From the NCBI GenBank assembly GCA_905612495.1, contig CAJQSF010000012.1:13147-77146 (forward strand): 64,000 bases of DNA, written 5' to 3'. Of this stretch, positions 13,635 through 25,755 are shown one piece after another. This stretch comes from an uncultured Candidatus Pelagibacter sp. GTDB taxonomy: Bacteria > Pseudomonadota > Alphaproteobacteria > Pelagibacterales > Pelagibacteraceae. The position numbers were made by a program, and so were the translations under genes. The notes below the pieces were generated by a model that was not told where the DNA came from, made no database searches, and worked only from the letters and a program-made list of their open reading frames with translations. Numbering within the stretch: the stretch's first letter is position 1; each line of letters opens with the position of its first letter.

Positions 13635-13863
13635 AAAAATATTAACAGGCGTAGTCACTAGTGACAAACCTAATAAAACTATCACTGTAGCAGTAGAGAG
13701 AAAATATTCACATCCTGTGCTTAAAAAAGTTGTTAAAGTTAAAAAAAAATATAATGCTCACGATGAAAACAATAAATTTAAAACTGGTGATACAGTTTCA
13801 ATAATTGAATGTAAGCCTTTCTCTAAAAATAAAAAATTTCAAGTAATGGATGGTTCTAAATGA
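13627..13863 (+). CDS. rpsQ: 30S ribosomal protein S17
   Basis: GVVTSDK...KTITV, HDENN. Confidence 0.98.
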   Translation: MPKKILTGVVTSDKPNKTITVAVERKYSHPVLKKVVKVKKKYNAHDENNKFKTGDTVSIIECKPFSKNKKFQVMDGSK

Positions 13864-14228
13864 TACAGGTACAAACTGAAATGTTAGTTGCCGATAACAC
13901 TGGTGCAAAAAGAATTGAGTGTATTAAAGTTTTAGGTGGATCAAAACGTAGATACGCTAGCATTGGTGATACAATTGTTGTTGCTGTAAAAGAAGCAATA
14001 CCCAAGGGTAAAGTAAAAAAAGGCTCCGTACACAAAGCAGTTGTAGTTCGTGTTAAATATGGAATTCATAGAGAAGATGGTTCAAAAGTTAAATTTGATA
14101 ACAATGCAGCAGTTTTAGTTGATGATAAAGGTGAACCAGTTGGAACTAGAATTTTTGGCCCAGTTACAAGAGAATTAAGAAATAAAGGTCAAATGAAAAT
14201 AATTTCATTGGCTCCTGAGGTATTATAA
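13860..14228 (+). CDS. rplN: 50S ribosomal protein L14
   Basis: [24 protein letters not shown]. Confidence 0.99.
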   Translation: MIQVQTEMLVADNTGAKRIECIKVLGGSKRRYASIGDTIVVAVKEAIPKGKVKKGSVHKAVVVRVKYGIHREDGSKVKFDNNAAVLVDDKGEPVGTRIFGPVTRELRNKGQMKIISLAPEVL

Positions 14229-14229
14229 A

Positions 14230-14478
14230 ATGATTAAAAAAGGCTCTAAAGTAAAAGTATTAACTGGAAGAGATAAAAAAAAAGAAGGTGAGGTTATTGA
14301 GATAGATAGACCCAATAATAGAGCAAAAGTTCAAGGAATTAATATTGTGAAAAAACACGTAAAAACAACAAAAGAAAAAAAGGGTGGAATAATTTCTAAA
14401 GAAAGCTTTATTCATATTTCAAACCTTGCACTTGTTGAAGCAAAAGAAAAAATTAAAAAAACTGAGGCTAAAAAATAA
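14230..14478 (+). CDS. rplX: 50S ribosomal protein L24 (short, 82 aa)
   Basis: KOW motif [17 protein letters not shown]. Confidence 0.95.
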   Translation: MIKKGSKVKVLTGRDKKKEGEVIEIDRPNNRAKVQGINIVKKHVKTTKEKKGGIISKESFIHISNLALVEAKEKIKKTEAKK

Positions 14479-15032
14479 TGATACCAAGATTAAAAGAACT
14501 TTATTACAAAGAAATTCAACCTGCGCTTAAAGAAAAGTTAGGATTTAGAAATACATATCAAGGTCCAAAAATCCTTAAAGTTGTCATCAATATGGGTTTA
14601 GGTCTTGACGGTGCTGATGCTAAAATTATGAAATCTACTGAAGAAGATTTGGGGAAAATTACAGGGCAAAAACCTACTGTAACAAAATTTAAGAAATCTG
14701 TTGCTAACTTTAAAACCAGAAAAGGTACTAATGCAGGTTTAAAAGTTACTTTAAGAGGTAATAAAATGTACGAATTTATCGATAGACTAGTTAACATTGC
14801 GTTACCTAGAATTAAAGATTTTAGAGGCCTATCCCCTAAAGGTTTTGATAAATTTGGGAATTATACTTTTGGAATAAAAGAACATATAATTTTTCCTGAA
14901 GTTAATTTCGACAGAATAGATAGAATTAGAGGACTTGATGTAGTGGTTGTAATTTCTGCTATGAATAAAGATCATAGCCTTGCACTTTTGGAAAAATTAA
15001 ATTTTCCATTCATTAAAAAAGGAGATAATTAA
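14478..15032 (+). CDS. rplE: 50S ribosomal protein L5
   Basis: LPRIKDFRG, GNYTFGIKEHIIFPE. Confidence 0.99.
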   Translation: MIPRLKELYYKEIQPALKEKLGFRNTYQGPKILKVVINMGLGLDGADAKIMKSTEEDLGKITGQKPTVTKFKKSVANFKTRKGTNAGLKVTLRGNKMYEFIDRLVNIALPRIKDFRGLSPKGFDKFGNYTFGIKEHIIFPEVNFDRIDRIRGLDVVVVISAMNKDHSLALLEKLNFPFIKKGDN

Positions 15033-15034
15033 CA

Positions 15035-15340
15035 ATGGCTAAAGTAAGCGCAGTTCAAAAAAACGATAAAAGAATTAAACTTTCAGATAGACTTTTTAAA
15101 AAAAGATTAGCTCTGAAGAAAATTATTATGGATAAGAAAATTTCCCTTGAAGAAAGATTCAAAGCACAACAAAAATTATCTAATTTACCTAGAAATTCTG
15201 CCAAAAATAGAGTGATGAATAGGTGTCAAATAACTGGAAGACCACATGGTGTTTACAGAAAATTAAAAATATCAAGAATAGCTTTAAGAGACTTAGGATT
15301 GCATGGATTAATTCCAGGTATGACAAAGTCGAGCTGGTAG
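15035..15340 (+). CDS. rpsN: 30S ribosomal protein S14 (long, Zn-independent type)
   Basis: NRCQITGRPHG...IPGMTKSSW, 101 aa. Confidence 0.98.
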   Translation: MAKVSAVQKNDKRIKLSDRLFKKRLALKKIIMDKKISLEERFKAQQKLSNLPRNSAKNRVMNRCQITGRPHGVYRKLKISRIALRDLGLHGLIPGMTKSSW

Positions 15341-15350
15341 AAAGGAAAAT

Positions 15351-15746
15351 ATGAGTTTAAGTGACCCAATAGGAGACATGATCGCAAGAATAAAAAATGC
15401 TTTAGTGAGAAATCATAAAAAAGTTGCACTGCCTTCTTCTAACTTTAAAGTTAAAATTGCAGATATTCTAAAAAATGAGGGATTTATTAAAGAATATAAA
15501 ATTGACACAGAAGACAAAAAACCAGTTTTATCTATAGACCTAAAATATTACTCTGGAAACCCAGTCATTAGTACTTTTGAAAGAGTATCCAAACCTGGAA
15601 GGAGAATTTTTTCAAGCGCAGACAGTTTGCCAAAAATTAATGGTGGACTGGGTGTTGCAATAATTTCTACTCCAAAAGGTGTTATGACTGATGTTGATGC
15701 TAGAAAACAAAAGGTTGGTGGCGAGATAATCTGCAAGGTATTTTAA
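15351..15746 (+). CDS. rpsH: 30S ribosomal protein S8
   Basis: DPIGDMIARIKN, SKPGRR, STPKGVMT. Confidence 0.99.
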   Translation: MSLSDPIGDMIARIKNALVRNHKKVALPSSNFKVKIADILKNEGFIKEYKIDTEDKKPVLSIDLKYYSGNPVISTFERVSKPGRRIFSSADSLPKINGGLGVAIISTPKGVMTDVDARKQKVGGEIICKVF

Positions 15747-16285
15747 TGTCTAAAATTGGTAAAATAAGTATTTCAATTCCAGAAAAAGTTAAAGCAGTGC
15801 TTTCTGGTAGTGTTCTTAATATTGAAGGACCATTAGGAAAAAAATCTCTTAATGTTGATTTGGAAATGTTTAATGTTGATATTACGGAAGGAAAAGAAAT
15901 ATCAATTAAACCCAAAAAAGTTGACCAAAATTCAAAAAGACTATGGGGAATGAATAGAAGTTTAATTAATAATGCTGTGATTGGATCTAGCACAGGTTAT
16001 GAAAAAATACTTGAACTTGTAGGTGTTGGATATAGAGCTGCATTAAAAGAAAAACAATTAAACCTTCAGCTTGGTTATAGTCATGATATAAATTTTGATA
16101 TTCCAGATGGTATTAAAATTATTGTTGAAAAACAAACAACTGTTAAGGTAAGTGGGTCTGATAAACAACAGGTTGGTATGGTTTGTTCAAAAATTAAATC
16201 TTTTAGAAAACCTGAACCCTATAAAGGCAAGGGTATTAGAGAAAAAGGTCAATATATATTAAGAAAAGAAGGAAAGAAAAAATAA
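15746..16285 (+). CDS. rplF: 50S ribosomal protein L6
   Basis: [15 protein letters not shown]. Confidence 0.99.
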   Translation: MSKIGKISISIPEKVKAVLSGSVLNIEGPLGKKSLNVDLEMFNVDITEGKEISIKPKKVDQNSKRLWGMNRSLINNAVIGSSTGYEKILELVGVGYRAALKEKQLNLQLGYSHDINFDIPDGIKIIVEKQTTVKVSGSDKQQVGMVCSKIKSFRKPEPYKGKGIREKGQYILRKEGKKK

Positions 16286-16641
16286 TGAAATTAAATGCTA
16301 TTCAAAGAAAAAAATTTAGAGTTACCAATAAAGTTAAAAAAGTTTCTTCTCCTGATAGATTTAGATTAAGTATTTCAAGGTCTTTAAAAAATATATCAGC
16401 TCAAATAATTGATGATGTTAAAAATATTACTTTGCTTTCTTCTTCTTCTATCGAAAAAGAAATCAAAGCTATGAACAAAGTTAACAAAACAGAGATTTCC
16501 AAGATTGTTGCTGAAAAATTAGCAAAAAAAGCTGTTGAGAAAAAAATAACAAAGATCTATTTTGATAGGGGAGTTTATAAATATCATGGTAGAGTTAAGG
16601 CGTTTGCAGAAACATTACGTAAAAATGGAATGGAATTTTAA
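16285..16641 (+). CDS. rplR: 50S ribosomal protein L18
   Basis: [14 protein letters not shown]. Confidence 0.98.
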   Translation: MKLNAIQRKKFRVTNKVKKVSSPDRFRLSISRSLKNISAQIIDDVKNITLLSSSSIEKEIKAMNKVNKTEISKIVAEKLAKKAVEKKITKIYFDRGVYKYHGRVKAFAETLRKNGMEF

Positions 16642-16643
16642 TT

Positions 16644-17156
16644 ATGGATTTTAAGAAAAAAAATGATGATGGTATTTTAGAGAAACTAGTTCACATTAAT
16701 AGAATTACTAAAGTTGTAAAAGGTGGGCGTAGATTTGGTTTTTCAGCACTAGTTGTTGTAGGAAATCAAGCGGGGAAAATTGGTGTAGCTCACGCAAAAG
16801 CCAAACAAGTTCCTGATGCCATTAAAAAAGCTAACGAAACAGCTAGAAGAGTTTTAATCCATATCCCCCTAAGAGAAGGAAGAACTATTCATCACGATGT
16901 TTATGGAAAAGACGGTGCGGGTAAAATTATTTTAAGATCTGCTCCAAAGGGAACTGGTATTATTGCAGGTGGACCTGTTAGAGCTGTTTGTGAAGTTTTA
17001 GGAATTAAAGATATAGTTGCTAAATCAATGGGAACATCAAACCCTCACAACATGATAAGAGCTACAATGAAGGCTCTTTCAAAACAAAATTCACCAAAGC
17101 ATATAGCAACAATTAGAAATAAAAAAATTTCTGACATAATTGAAAAAAGAGGATAA
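16644..17156 (+). CDS. rpsE: 30S ribosomal protein S5
   Basis: [19 protein letters not shown]. Confidence 0.99.
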   Translation: MDFKKKNDDGILEKLVHINRITKVVKGGRRFGFSALVVVGNQAGKIGVAHAKAKQVPDAIKKANETARRVLIHIPLREGRTIHHDVYGKDGAGKIILRSAPKGTGIIAGGPVRAVCEVLGIKDIVAKSMGTSNPHNMIRATMKALSKQNSPKHIATIRNKKISDIIEKRG

Positions 17157-17617
17157 TGAGCACATTAAATACTACTGGAAAAGTTTTATATAAGAAGAAA
17201 ATGAGGGTAGGTAGAGGTATTGGATCCGGTAAAGGTAAAACTTCTGGCAGAGGTGTTAAGGGTCAAAAATCTAGATCTGGAGTGGCAATTAAAGCTTTTG
17301 AGGGTGGTCAAATGCCTTTATATAGAAGGTTACCTAAAAGAGGATTTAATGCTATTAAAAGATATCAAGCTATCATAGCAATAATGAACTTAGAAAAAAT
17401 TCAATCATACATTAATGAAAAAACTATTAATTCTAGTGATGTAATTAATATTGCTTTACTTAAAAAGCTAAAATTGATTAATAAAAATTCACAAAAATTA
17501 AAAATACTTGGTACAGGTGATATTAAAGACAAAGTCAGTATTGAAGCTGATCTAATATCTAAATCTGCTGTAGTTAAATTAGAGAAAGCTGGCGGCACAA
17601 TACAATTAAAAAAATAA
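17156..17617 (+). CDS. rplO: 50S ribosomal protein L15
   Basis: RVGRGIGSGKGKTSGRG, FEGGQMPLYRRLPK. Confidence 0.99.
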   Translation: MSTLNTTGKVLYKKKMRVGRGIGSGKGKTSGRGVKGQKSRSGVAIKAFEGGQMPLYRRLPKRGFNAIKRYQAIIAIMNLEKIQSYINEKTINSSDVINIALLKKLKLINKNSQKLKILGTGDIKDKVSIEADLISKSAVVKLEKAGGTIQLKK

Positions 17618-17627
17618 TTAAGATATT

Positions 17628-18908
17628 ATGAGTGCATCTTCTCAAACTAATGATCTTAAAAACAGGATATTTTTTACAATATTTATTTTAGCAGTTTACA
17701 GGTTTGGTACTTTTGTGCCTATTCCTGGCATTGACCCAGAACAATTACAGACAATGATGAGTGGTAATCAAAAAGGGTTACTGGGAATGTTCAATGTTTT
17801 TTCTGGTGGTGCTGTTAGTAGAATGGCAATTTTTGCTTTAGGTATAATGCCATACATTTCTTCGTCTATTATTGTTCAATTATTAACAGGTGTATCTGAC
17901 TATTTTAAAAATTTAAAAGCACAAGGTGAAATTGGAAGAGCTAAAATTACACAAATAACAAGATATGGAACCGTTTTACTAGCTACTATTCAGGGCTATG
18001 GTTTATCGGTTGGTTTGCAGTCATCTGCTGATTTAGTTATTAACCCGGGTTTATTTTTTACAATAACAGCAGTATCAACTATTGTTGCTGGTACAATGTT
18101 TCTAATGTGGCTTGGTGAACAAATAACCCAAAGAGGTATTGGTAATGGTATTTCATTGATTATTTTTGCTGGAATTGTTGCTGAAATTCCAAGAGCACTA
18201 GTAACTACATTTGAATTAGGGAGAACAGGTGCGGTATCCACAATTATGATTATTGGAATTTTTGTATTATTGGTTGGAACGATCATGTTCATTGTTTTTA
18301 TGGAAAGAGCTTTAAGAAAAATTTTAATAAATTACCCTAAAAGACAAATGGGCAACAAAATGTATGGTGGTGAATCTTCTCATCTACCTTTGAAAATTAA
18401 CCAAGCAGGAGTTATACCTGCAATTTTTGCATCAGCTTTATTGTTATTGCCTGTAACTTTTTCTAACTTTAGTTTTTCAGATAACGATGCACTCTTAAAC
18501 ATAAGCTCATTCTTCACTCAAGGCCAACCCCTTTACATGCTATTGTATGCATCAGGAATAATATTTTTTACTTTTTTCTACACCTCGATTACTTTTAACC
18601 CAACAGAGACTGCTGATAATTTAAGAAAGTACGGTGGTTTTGTACCAGGAATTAGACCTGGCGAAAACACAGCTTTATACATAGAAAAAATTGTTACTAA
18701 ACTTACAACTATAGGTGCTCTTTATTTAACTATTGTATGTTTGATGCCAGAATTTTTAATCGCAAATTATCCAATACCTTTTTACTTAGGTGGCACTTCA
18801 ATTTTAATTGTTGTTGTTGTTGCAATTGATACGGTAACTCAAATACAAACGAGATTAATGAGCTCCCAATATGAGCAATTAATAAAAAAAACCAAATTCG
18901 GTAAATAA
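17628..18908 (+). CDS. secY: Preprotein translocase SecY
   Basis: IFALGIMPYI, GIGNGISLIIF, PGIRPG; multi-TM. Confidence 0.99.
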   Translation: MSASSQTNDLKNRIFFTIFILAVYRFGTFVPIPGIDPEQLQTMMSGNQKGLLGMFNVFSGGAVSRMAIFALGIMPYISSSIIVQLLTGVSDYFKNLKAQGEIGRAKITQITRYGTVLLATIQGYGLSVGLQSSADLVINPGLFFTITAVSTIVAGTMFLMWLGEQITQRGIGNGISLIIFAGIVAEIPRALVTTFELGRTGAVSTIMIIGIFVLLVGTIMFIVFMERALRKILINYPKRQMGNKMYGGESSHLPLKINQAGVIPAIFASALLLLPVTFSNFSFSDNDALLNISSFFTQGQPLYMLLYASGIIFFTFFYTSITFNPTETADNLRKYGGFVPGIRPGENTALYIEKIVTKLTTIGALYLTIVCLMPEFLIANYPIPFYLGGTSILIVVVVAIDTVTQIQTRLMSSQYEQLIKKTKFGK

Positions 18909-18912
18909 TTCT

Positions 18913-19554
18913 GTGAACATAATCTTATTTGGTCCCCCTGGAGCTGGCAAGGGCACACAGGCACAATTCATTGTTAAAAAACATAATTACTTTCAATTAT
19001 CAACGGGTGATCTTTTAAGAGATGAGGTTAAGTTAAAAACACCATTTGGTGAAAAAATAGAAAAATTGATATCGAATGGTAAATTTGTTTCAGACGAAAC
19101 TGTTAATACCCTGTTAAGAAAATCTATTACTAATCTTAAATTTAGAGACAGAATAATTTTTGATGGATATCCTAGGAATGTTGAGCAAGCTAAGAATTTA
19201 GAGCTAATTTTAGGTGAATTTAATCAAACTATTGGTCATATAATTTTTTTAAATGTGTCAAAGGATATAATTGAAAAACGTATTATGGGTAGAATGACAT
19301 GTGATAAATGTAATATCACTTTGAATGAATTTTTTAATAAAGAGCAAATAGACCTACACCCATGTGGTAAAGATTTTCTTAAGAAGAGAAAAGACGATAA
19401 TTTTGATGTAGTTGTAGCAAGGTATGAGACATATATGAAAACAACTCAACCAATCCTCGATTTTTACTCAAAAAAAGAAAATTTCACAGAAATCGATGGT
19501 GCTGTCGAAATTGAGCAAATTACCAATAAAATCAATGATGTTCTTAATGTTTAA
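18913..19554 (+). CDS. adk: Adenylate kinase
   Basis: GPPGAGKGTQA P-loop, FDGYPR; GTG start. Confidence 0.98.
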   Translation: MNIILFGPPGAGKGTQAQFIVKKHNYFQLSTGDLLRDEVKLKTPFGEKIEKLISNGKFVSDETVNTLLRKSITNLKFRDRIIFDGYPRNVEQAKNLELILGEFNQTIGHIIFLNVSKDIIEKRIMGRMTCDKCNITLNEFFNKEQIDLHPCGKDFLKKRKDDNFDVVVARYETYMKTTQPILDFYSKKENFTEIDGAVEIEQITNKINDVLNV

Positions 19555-19558
19555 GGCG

Positions 19559-19586
19559 TTGACTTTAGAACATCTTCTTATATAAA
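19559..19586 (+). promoter_or_regulatory. Putative promoter of rpsM-rpsK-rpoA-rplQ
   Basis: TTGACT (19559-19564), 16 bp spacer, TATAAA (19581-19586). Confidence 0.5.
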
Positions 19587-19609
19587 AGGCTAAATTTATT
19601 CTCAAAAAT

Positions 19610-19993
19610 ATGGCTCGTATAGCAGGTGTAAACATTCCCCAAAACAAACTTGTCCACATAGGTTTAACGTACATCTATGGTATCGGCGATAAATTTTCTA
19701 ATCAGATTTGTACATCATTAGAAATCCCTGCTGCTAAAAGAATTAATGAGTTAACAGATGACGATATTTTAAAAATTAGAGAATATATTGATGCAAATTT
19801 TAAAGTAGAAGGTGATCTTAGAAGGGACTACTCTTTAACTATCAAAAGATTGATTGATCTAGCTTGTTACAGAGGTTCGAGACATAGAAAAAAACTTCCA
19901 GTTAGAGGACAAAGAACAAGATGTAATGCCAGAACTAGAAAAGGTAAGGCTATTGCAATCGCAGGTAAAAAATTAACACCACTTAAAAAATAA
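19610..19993 (+). CDS. rpsM: 30S ribosomal protein S13
   Basis: [15 protein letters not shown]. Confidence 0.99.
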   Translation: MARIAGVNIPQNKLVHIGLTYIYGIGDKFSNQICTSLEIPAAKRINELTDDDILKIREYIDANFKVEGDLRRDYSLTIKRLIDLACYRGSRHRKKLPVRGQRTRCNARTRKGKAIAIAGKKLTPLKK

Positions 19994-20000
19994 TTAATTT

Positions 20001-20465
20001 ATGGCTAAAGTAGATAAAGTAGAAAATGCAGACACTGTTGTAGAAAAAAAAATTGAAAAAAAATTAGAAAAAAAATCTAAAAAAAGTTCATATTCTAAAA
20101 AAAAAAAAATTAAAAAACATATTAGTAATGGTATTGCTTACGTTCAATCAACTTTTAATAATACAATAATCTCTATAGCAGACACTAATGGAAATGTTAT
20201 TTCATGGGCTTCAGCTGGACAAAAAGGTTTTAAAGGTTCAAGAAAATCAACTCCTTATGCTGCACAAGTTGCTGCAGATTCAGCCGCATCTAAAGCACTA
20301 GAATATGGAATGAAAACATTAACTGTACAGGTTAAAGGACCTGGATCAGGAAGAGAGACAGCTTTAAGAGCATTACAAGCGAAAGGATTTAAAATTCTTT
20401 CTATAAAAGATACAACACCAATGCCACATAACGGCGTAAGACCACCAAAAAAAAGGAGAGTTTAA
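20001..20465 (+). CDS. rpsK: 30S ribosomal protein S11 (Lys-rich N-terminal extension)
   Basis: [27 protein letters not shown]. Confidence 0.99.
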   Translation: MAKVDKVENADTVVEKKIEKKLEKKSKKSSYSKKKKIKKHISNGIAYVQSTFNNTIISIADTNGNVISWASAGQKGFKGSRKSTPYAAQVAADSAASKALEYGMKTLTVQVKGPGSGRETALRALQAKGFKILSIKDTTPMPHNGVRPPKKRRV

Positions 20466-20468
20466 TAA

Positions 20469-21497
20469 ATGGAAAGTTTAAATGTAAATGCTAAAAATTG
20501 GAAAGCATTAATTAAACCAGCTCAATTAGATGTTAAAATTAGTGATGATAAATCACATGCTAAAATTATCGCTGAACCATTAGAAAAAGGCTATGGTTTA
20601 ACTTTAGGTAATTCACTAAGAAGAATTTTACTTTCATCTATAAGGGGGACAGCAGTGACTTCCATTCAGATAGATGGTGTATTGCATGAATTTACATCTA
20701 TCAAAGGTGTTAGAGAAGATGTAACTGATATAGTTTTAAACGTTAAGTCGTTAGCATTAAAAAGTTCTGCAGACGGTGTTAAAAAACTTATTTTAGATGC
20801 AAAAGGACCAGGCGAAATTAAAGCTTCTGATATTGAGGCTGTTAATGATATTGAGATTTTAAATCCCGATTTGGTTATTTGTAATTTAGATGAAAATACT
20901 CATTTTCATATGGAAATGAATGTTGGAACCGGCAAGGGTTATGTGCCAGCTGTAATGAATAAGCCAGAAGAGCCACCACTTGGTTTAATTGCAATAGACT
21001 CATTGTACAGTCCTGTAAAAAAAGTTTCATATGCTATAAGCACTGCTAGAGAGGGTAAAGCTTTGGATTATGATAAGTTAACTATGGAAGTTGAGACAAA
21101 TGGTTCAATTTCTGCTGAAGATGCTGTTGCATACTCTGCTAGAATTTTTCAAGATCAACTAAACATGTTTGTTAACTTCGATGAGCCGGTAGAAGCTCCA
21201 GTTAAAGAAGTTTCATCTGAACCCGAATTTAATAAAAATCTTTTAAGAAAAGTAGATGAATTAGAATTGTCAGTTCGTTCGATGAACTGTTTAAAGAATG
21301 ATAATATTATTTACATAGGTGATCTTGTTCAAAAATCAGAAGGTGAAATGCTTAGAACGCCAAATTTTGGTAGAAAATCTTTAAATGAAATAAAAGAAGT
21401 TTTGACTGGTATGTCTTTGTATCTTGGTATGGAAATACCAAACTGGCCACCTGAAAATATAGCTGAAATGTCTAAAAAGTTAGAGGAGCAAATCTAA
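20469..21497 (+). CDS. rpoA: RNA polymerase alpha subunit
   Basis: [23 protein letters not shown]. Confidence 0.99.
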   Translation: MESLNVNAKNWKALIKPAQLDVKISDDKSHAKIIAEPLEKGYGLTLGNSLRRILLSSIRGTAVTSIQIDGVLHEFTSIKGVREDVTDIVLNVKSLALKSSADGVKKLILDAKGPGEIKASDIEAVNDIEILNPDLVICNLDENTHFHMEMNVGTGKGYVPAVMNKPEEPPLGLIAIDSLYSPVKKVSYAISTAREGKALDYDKLTMEVETNGSISAEDAVAYSARIFQDQLNMFVNFDEPVEAPVKEVSSEPEFNKNLLRKVDELELSVRSMNCLKNDNIIYIGDLVQKSEGEMLRTPNFGRKSLNEIKEVLTGMSLYLGMEIPNWPPENIAEMSKKLEEQI

Positions 21498-21934
21498 TGA
21501 GACACGGAATGGCCAATAAAAAGTTAAATAGAACTTCTGAGCATAGAAAAGCACTTTTAAAGAATATGTTAAATTCTTTAATTAAATATGAACAGATTAC
21601 TACAACACTTCCAAAAGCTAAATTCCTAAAGCCCCAAGCAGACAAAATCATTACACTAGGTAAAAAAGAAACTTTGCTTACAACAAAGATGTTGATGACT
21701 AAACTACAAGACATAACTTCAGCTCGTAAAGTTACAAAAACTTTGTCTAAAAGATATGAAAAAAGAAATGGTGGTTATACAAGAATTATTAAAGCTGGGT
21801 TTAGATATGGTGATAATGCACCGATGGCTGTAATTGAATTCGTTGATAGAGATGTTGAGGCAAAAAGAGTTGATAAAATAAAAAAAGAGCCAACTAAAGA
21901 TCAAAAAGAAGAGAAAAAATTAGCTACTGCTTAA
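21497..21934 (+). CDS. rplQ: 50S ribosomal protein L17
   Basis: MRHG...LNRTSEHR, RNGGYTRI. Confidence 0.99.
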   Translation: MRHGMANKKLNRTSEHRKALLKNMLNSLIKYEQITTTLPKAKFLKPQADKIITLGKKETLLTTKMLMTKLQDITSARKVTKTLSKRYEKRNGGYTRIIKAGFRYGDNAPMAVIEFVDRDVEAKRVDKIKKEPTKDQKEEKKLATA

Positions 21935-21958
21935 TTTTCTATATAAAAATATATCACC

Positions 21959-22873
21959 ATGAAAAAGTCGTTTACCGTTGATTCAACGTTTAATGATATG
22001 CGGATTGATCGATGGATTAGGAATAATATTGGTAATTACCCACAAGGCTTAATTGAAAAAAGTTTAAAAAGTGGAAAAGTTAAAATCAATAATAAAAAAA
22101 TAAAAAGCTCTCACAAAGTAAAAATGGGCGACATTGTTGATCTATTTAATTTTGATTTTAAAGAAACAATTGTTCAAAAAACAATTAAATTTGTACCATC
22201 TGAAGAAGTCATTAAAGAGAATGAAGATTTAATAATTGATAATAATGATGACTTCATTGTATTGAATAAAAGTTCTGGTATTTCAGTTCAAGGTGGAACT
22301 AAATCTAAAAAAAACCTTGTAGATATTTTTGCACGTAGCGATATTTTCCAAAATACAAAACCTTTTTCAGTTCATAGATTAGATAAAGACACATCAGGTG
22401 TTTTTATTATGGCCAAACATAGGGAGGCTGCACAATTGTTAACATCATTATTTAGATTAAGAAAAGTTCACAAAACTTATTTAGCAATATGTCATGGCGA
22501 ATTACAAAAAGATTCTGGAGAATGGAATGATGATCTTACAAGATATGACAATGATAAAGAAATAGTAGAAAAGGCAAGAACTACGTATAAAGTTTTAGAC
22601 AAAAACTCTATTTGTAGTTTGGTTGAAATGAAACCGATAACTGGAAGAAAACATCAACTTAGAAAACAACTATATGCAGTAGGTTCACCAATTTATGGAG
22701 ATCAAAAATATAAATTTAGTAATACAGATAAAGCTATTAATAAAAATTTGATGCTTCACTCATATCAAATTAAATTTATGATTAAGGATAAAAAATACAC
22801 TTATACGGCACTCTTGCCAGATTATTTCAAAAAACTTTTAAAGACTAAAAGACTTAGATTTCCAAGTTCTTAG
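21959..22873 (+). CDS. rluC: RluA/RluC-family 23S rRNA pseudouridine synthase
   Basis: N-terminal S4-like domain (RIDRW), HRLDKDTSG catalytic motif, TGRKHQLR. Confidence 0.85.
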   Translation: MKKSFTVDSTFNDMRIDRWIRNNIGNYPQGLIEKSLKSGKVKINNKKIKSSHKVKMGDIVDLFNFDFKETIVQKTIKFVPSEEVIKENEDLIIDNNDDFIVLNKSSGISVQGGTKSKKNLVDIFARSDIFQNTKPFSVHRLDKDTSGVFIMAKHREAAQLLTSLFRLRKVHKTYLAICHGELQKDSGEWNDDLTRYDNDKEIVEKARTTYKVLDKNSICSLVEMKPITGRKHQLRKQLYAVGSPIYGDQKYKFSNTDKAINKNLMLHSYQIKFMIKDKKYTYTALLPDYFKKLLKTKRLRFPSS

Positions 22874-23474
22874 TAAAATTTTTAACAATTACATCGCTCA
22901 AAATATCATAGTTTTGATTATTAATGGATTTGAGATTTGTTACGCCTTTATCTGAAATTCCGCATGGAATGATATTTTGATATTTTGTAAGATCGTTACT
23001 AATGTTAATTGCAAATCCATGATATGCAATCCATTTGCTAACACGAACCCCTATTGCTGCAACTTTTTTGATATTAGGTTTCTCATTAATCCAAATACCA
23101 ATATTTTTTGGATCACCAAATGATTTAATATTAAACTCAAACAAGCTTTCAATAATTGTTTTCTCGATTAAAGTTATAAATTTTCTAATATCTTTTTTTC
23201 TTTTTTTTAAATCTATAACAAAATAACATATTAATTGTCCAGGACCGTGGTAAGTGATTTTGCCGCCTCGATTAGTCTTAATCAGCTTTATATCTTTATT
23301 TAAAATTTCTTCTTCTTTATAATTACTCCCGGCTGTATAGATTTCTTTATGTTCTAGGATCCAAATTAAATCACTTTTTTTGTTATTATTTATATCTAAT
23401 AATCTTTCTTCTAGAAGTTTTACAGCAACATCATATTTTACTGGTTTTATTGACTTTTTAATTTCTATATTCAT
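22854..23474 (-). CDS. lipB: Octanoyltransferase LipB
   Basis: [23 protein letters not shown]. Confidence 0.96.
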   Translation of the reverse strand: MNIEIKKSIKPVKYDVAVKLLEERLLDINNNKKSDLIWILEHKEIYTAGSNYKEEEILNKDIKLIKTNRGGKITYHGPGQLICYFVIDLKKRKKDIRKFITLIEKTIIESLFEFNIKSFGDPKNIGIWINEKPNIKKVAAIGVRVSKWIAYHGFAINISNDLTKYQNIIPCGISDKGVTNLKSINNQNYDILSDVIVKNFTKNLEI

Positions 23475-23535
23475 TTATAAATTGTATTATTCTTATTATG
23501 CACTATGAGTGCAAAATTGATTTATATGTAAATTT

Positions 23536-24909
23536 ATGTCTTTAATAAAAAAAATAAAAGATAAAAAAGTTAATTTTGAGTTTAATAAAGAATATTTAAA
23601 AGTTGTTACAAATAAAATTGTTAATAACGACGCTCAATTTATTACAAATTCATTTAATGGAATGCACCCAGCTGATGCAGCTGATATTATTGAGCTTCTT
23701 GCATGGAACGATAGAGAAAGATTAATAAAGCTTAATAATTTTAATATTGACCCAGAGGTATTCATTGAACTGAATGAATCTGTTCAGTCTGAAATTATTG
23801 CTTATCTTTCACCAGATTCTATTGTTAAGCTTTTAAAAAATCTTGAGTCAGATGATGCTATCTCAATTTTAGAAAATGTTGATGAAAAAGATAAAAATGA
23901 TATTTTAAGTTCATTACCACCAAAGGACCGTTTTGCCTTACTTGAAAGTTTAAGTTATCCAGAAGATACAGCTGCAAGGATAATGCAACGTGAATTTACA
24001 GCCATTCCTAGCAATTGGTCTGTAGGACAAACAATTGACTATTTGCGTGAAAATAAAGATTTACCCGAAGAATTTTTAGAAATTTTTATTATAGATGAAG
24101 ATTTTAAACCTATTGGAACTGTTCCTTCATCAAAAGTATTGACAACATCTAGGGATACAAAAATGCTTTCAATTATGTCTGAATCTCAATTGCTTATTCC
24201 AGTTGATATGGACAAAGAAGAAGTTGGTAACGTCTTTGAAAATTATAATTTAAATTCAGCAGCCGTAGTTGACAAGACTAATAAATTGGTTGGTATGATT
24301 ATGTATGATGACGTTTTAACTGTATTAAAAGAAGAAGCTGAAGAAGATGCCTTAAGGTTAGCTGGAGTAGGTGACGAAGAAATTACCGATGGTGTTTTTA
24401 AAAAAACTAAAAGAAGATTTAACTGGCTTTTATTAAATCTTTTTACTGCGTTCCTTGCAACTTGGGTTATTAGTTTATTTGGCGCAACAATAGAGCAGAT
24501 GGTTGTATTGGCATTTTTAATGCCAATTGTTGCCTCTATGGGTGGTAATGCGGGCATGCAAACATTGGCTGTTACAGTTAGAACATTAGCAACAAATGAT
24601 TTAACTAAAAATAATTTTTCACAAAATATCCTAAAAGAATTTAATATTGGAATTTTGAATGGTATTATTTTTGCAATAATTAGTGCACTTGTAGTCCAGG
24701 TATGGTTCCAAGATTACTTACTTTCAATGATTATATCTATGTCAATGATTGTTACAATGATAGTAGCAGGATTATTTGGTATTGTTGTTCCAATAACGCT
24801 AAAAAAAATGGATATAGATCCCGCAATTGCATCAAGTGTGTTTGTAACTACAATAACTGACGTCATAGGCTTTGTGTCTTTCTTGGGTGTTAGCGCCTAT
24901 TTTCTTTAA
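23536..24909 (+). CDS. mgtE: Magnesium transporter MgtE
   Basis: HPADAAD N-domain, CBS pair, [14 protein letters not shown]. Confidence 0.96.
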   Translation: MSLIKKIKDKKVNFEFNKEYLKVVTNKIVNNDAQFITNSFNGMHPADAADIIELLAWNDRERLIKLNNFNIDPEVFIELNESVQSEIIAYLSPDSIVKLLKNLESDDAISILENVDEKDKNDILSSLPPKDRFALLESLSYPEDTAARIMQREFTAIPSNWSVGQTIDYLRENKDLPEEFLEIFIIDEDFKPIGTVPSSKVLTTSRDTKMLSIMSESQLLIPVDMDKEEVGNVFENYNLNSAAVVDKTNKLVGMIMYDDVLTVLKEEAEEDALRLAGVGDEEITDGVFKKTKRRFNWLLLNLFTAFLATWVISLFGATIEQMVVLAFLMPIVASMGGNAGMQTLAVTVRTLATNDLTKNNFSQNILKEFNIGILNGIIFAIISALVVQVWFQDYLLSMIISMSMIVTMIVAGLFGIVVPITLKKMDIDPAIASSVFVTTITDVIGFVSFLGVSAYFL

Positions 24910-25721
24910 AAGTTATCTATCAATCTCACGTTATTTAAATAATAAGCTATAAAGAGTTTAAATGATTTACTGTTAATATCTGTACTTAAGTCAACTGTAT
25001 TTCTGCACTCTAGGTACTCAACTTTAATTTTAAATTTTTTAACTAAATCTTTTTGAATTATATGGATTATTTTTTTAGATTTCAGTCTATTTTTGTAAAT
25101 TGCTTTTTTTAAATTAATCAATCTATTAGTAACTAATCCTAGTGTATTAAGACTAGTTTTGTTTAATAGGTTATTTCTAGATGATAAAGCAATCATATTT
25201 GAATCTCTAATAGTTTTACATCCGTAAACTTTAGTCTTATAATTTTTTTCAATAAAGTTTTTAACCAAAAAAAATTGCTGATAATCCTTTTTACCCATAA
25301 AAATTGACTTGGGTGATATTAGTTTTACAAAACGGTTTAAAACATCAAGGACAGCTTCAAAGTGACCTTCTCTAAATTTTGCACACAGTATTTTTTGTGA
25401 TTTGTTTAATGTAATTTTAGGTAATTTTTTATCCACAAAAACTTGATTCACAGTAGGCAAGTAAACATAATCTACTTTAAGTTTTTTAAGAATTTTAAGA
25501 TCACTGTTTATACTTTTTGGGTAAGTTTTGTAATCATTCTTGTTATTAAATTGAGTAGGATTTACAAAAATAGTAACTAGTGTTTTTTTGCACTTTTTTT
25601 GAGAGATTTTTATGAGAGCTTGATGGCCTTTATGAAGATTTCCCATTGTGGGCACAAATCCTATTTTTTTTTGATCATTAAGTGCCTTATTTAGATCAGT
25701 TATTTGTTTTATTAATTTCAT
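24906..25721 (-). CDS. panC: Pantoate--beta-alanine ligase
   Basis: [38 protein letters not shown]; ATG at 25721 preferred. Confidence 0.95.
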   Translation of the reverse strand: MKLIKQITDLNKALNDQKKIGFVPTMGNLHKGHQALIKISQKKCKKTLVTIFVNPTQFNNKNDYKTYPKSINSDLKILKKLKVDYVYLPTVNQVFVDKKLPKITLNKSQKILCAKFREGHFEAVLDVLNRFVKLISPKSIFMGKKDYQQFFLVKNFIEKNYKTKVYGCKTIRDSNMIALSSRNNLLNKTSLNTLGLVTNRLINLKKAIYKNRLKSKKIIHIIQKDLVKKFKIKVEYLECRNTVDLSTDINSKSFKLFIAYYLNNVRLIDNF

Positions 25722-25755
25722 TTGTAATAATATAATTAATAAGTAAAACATTTAA

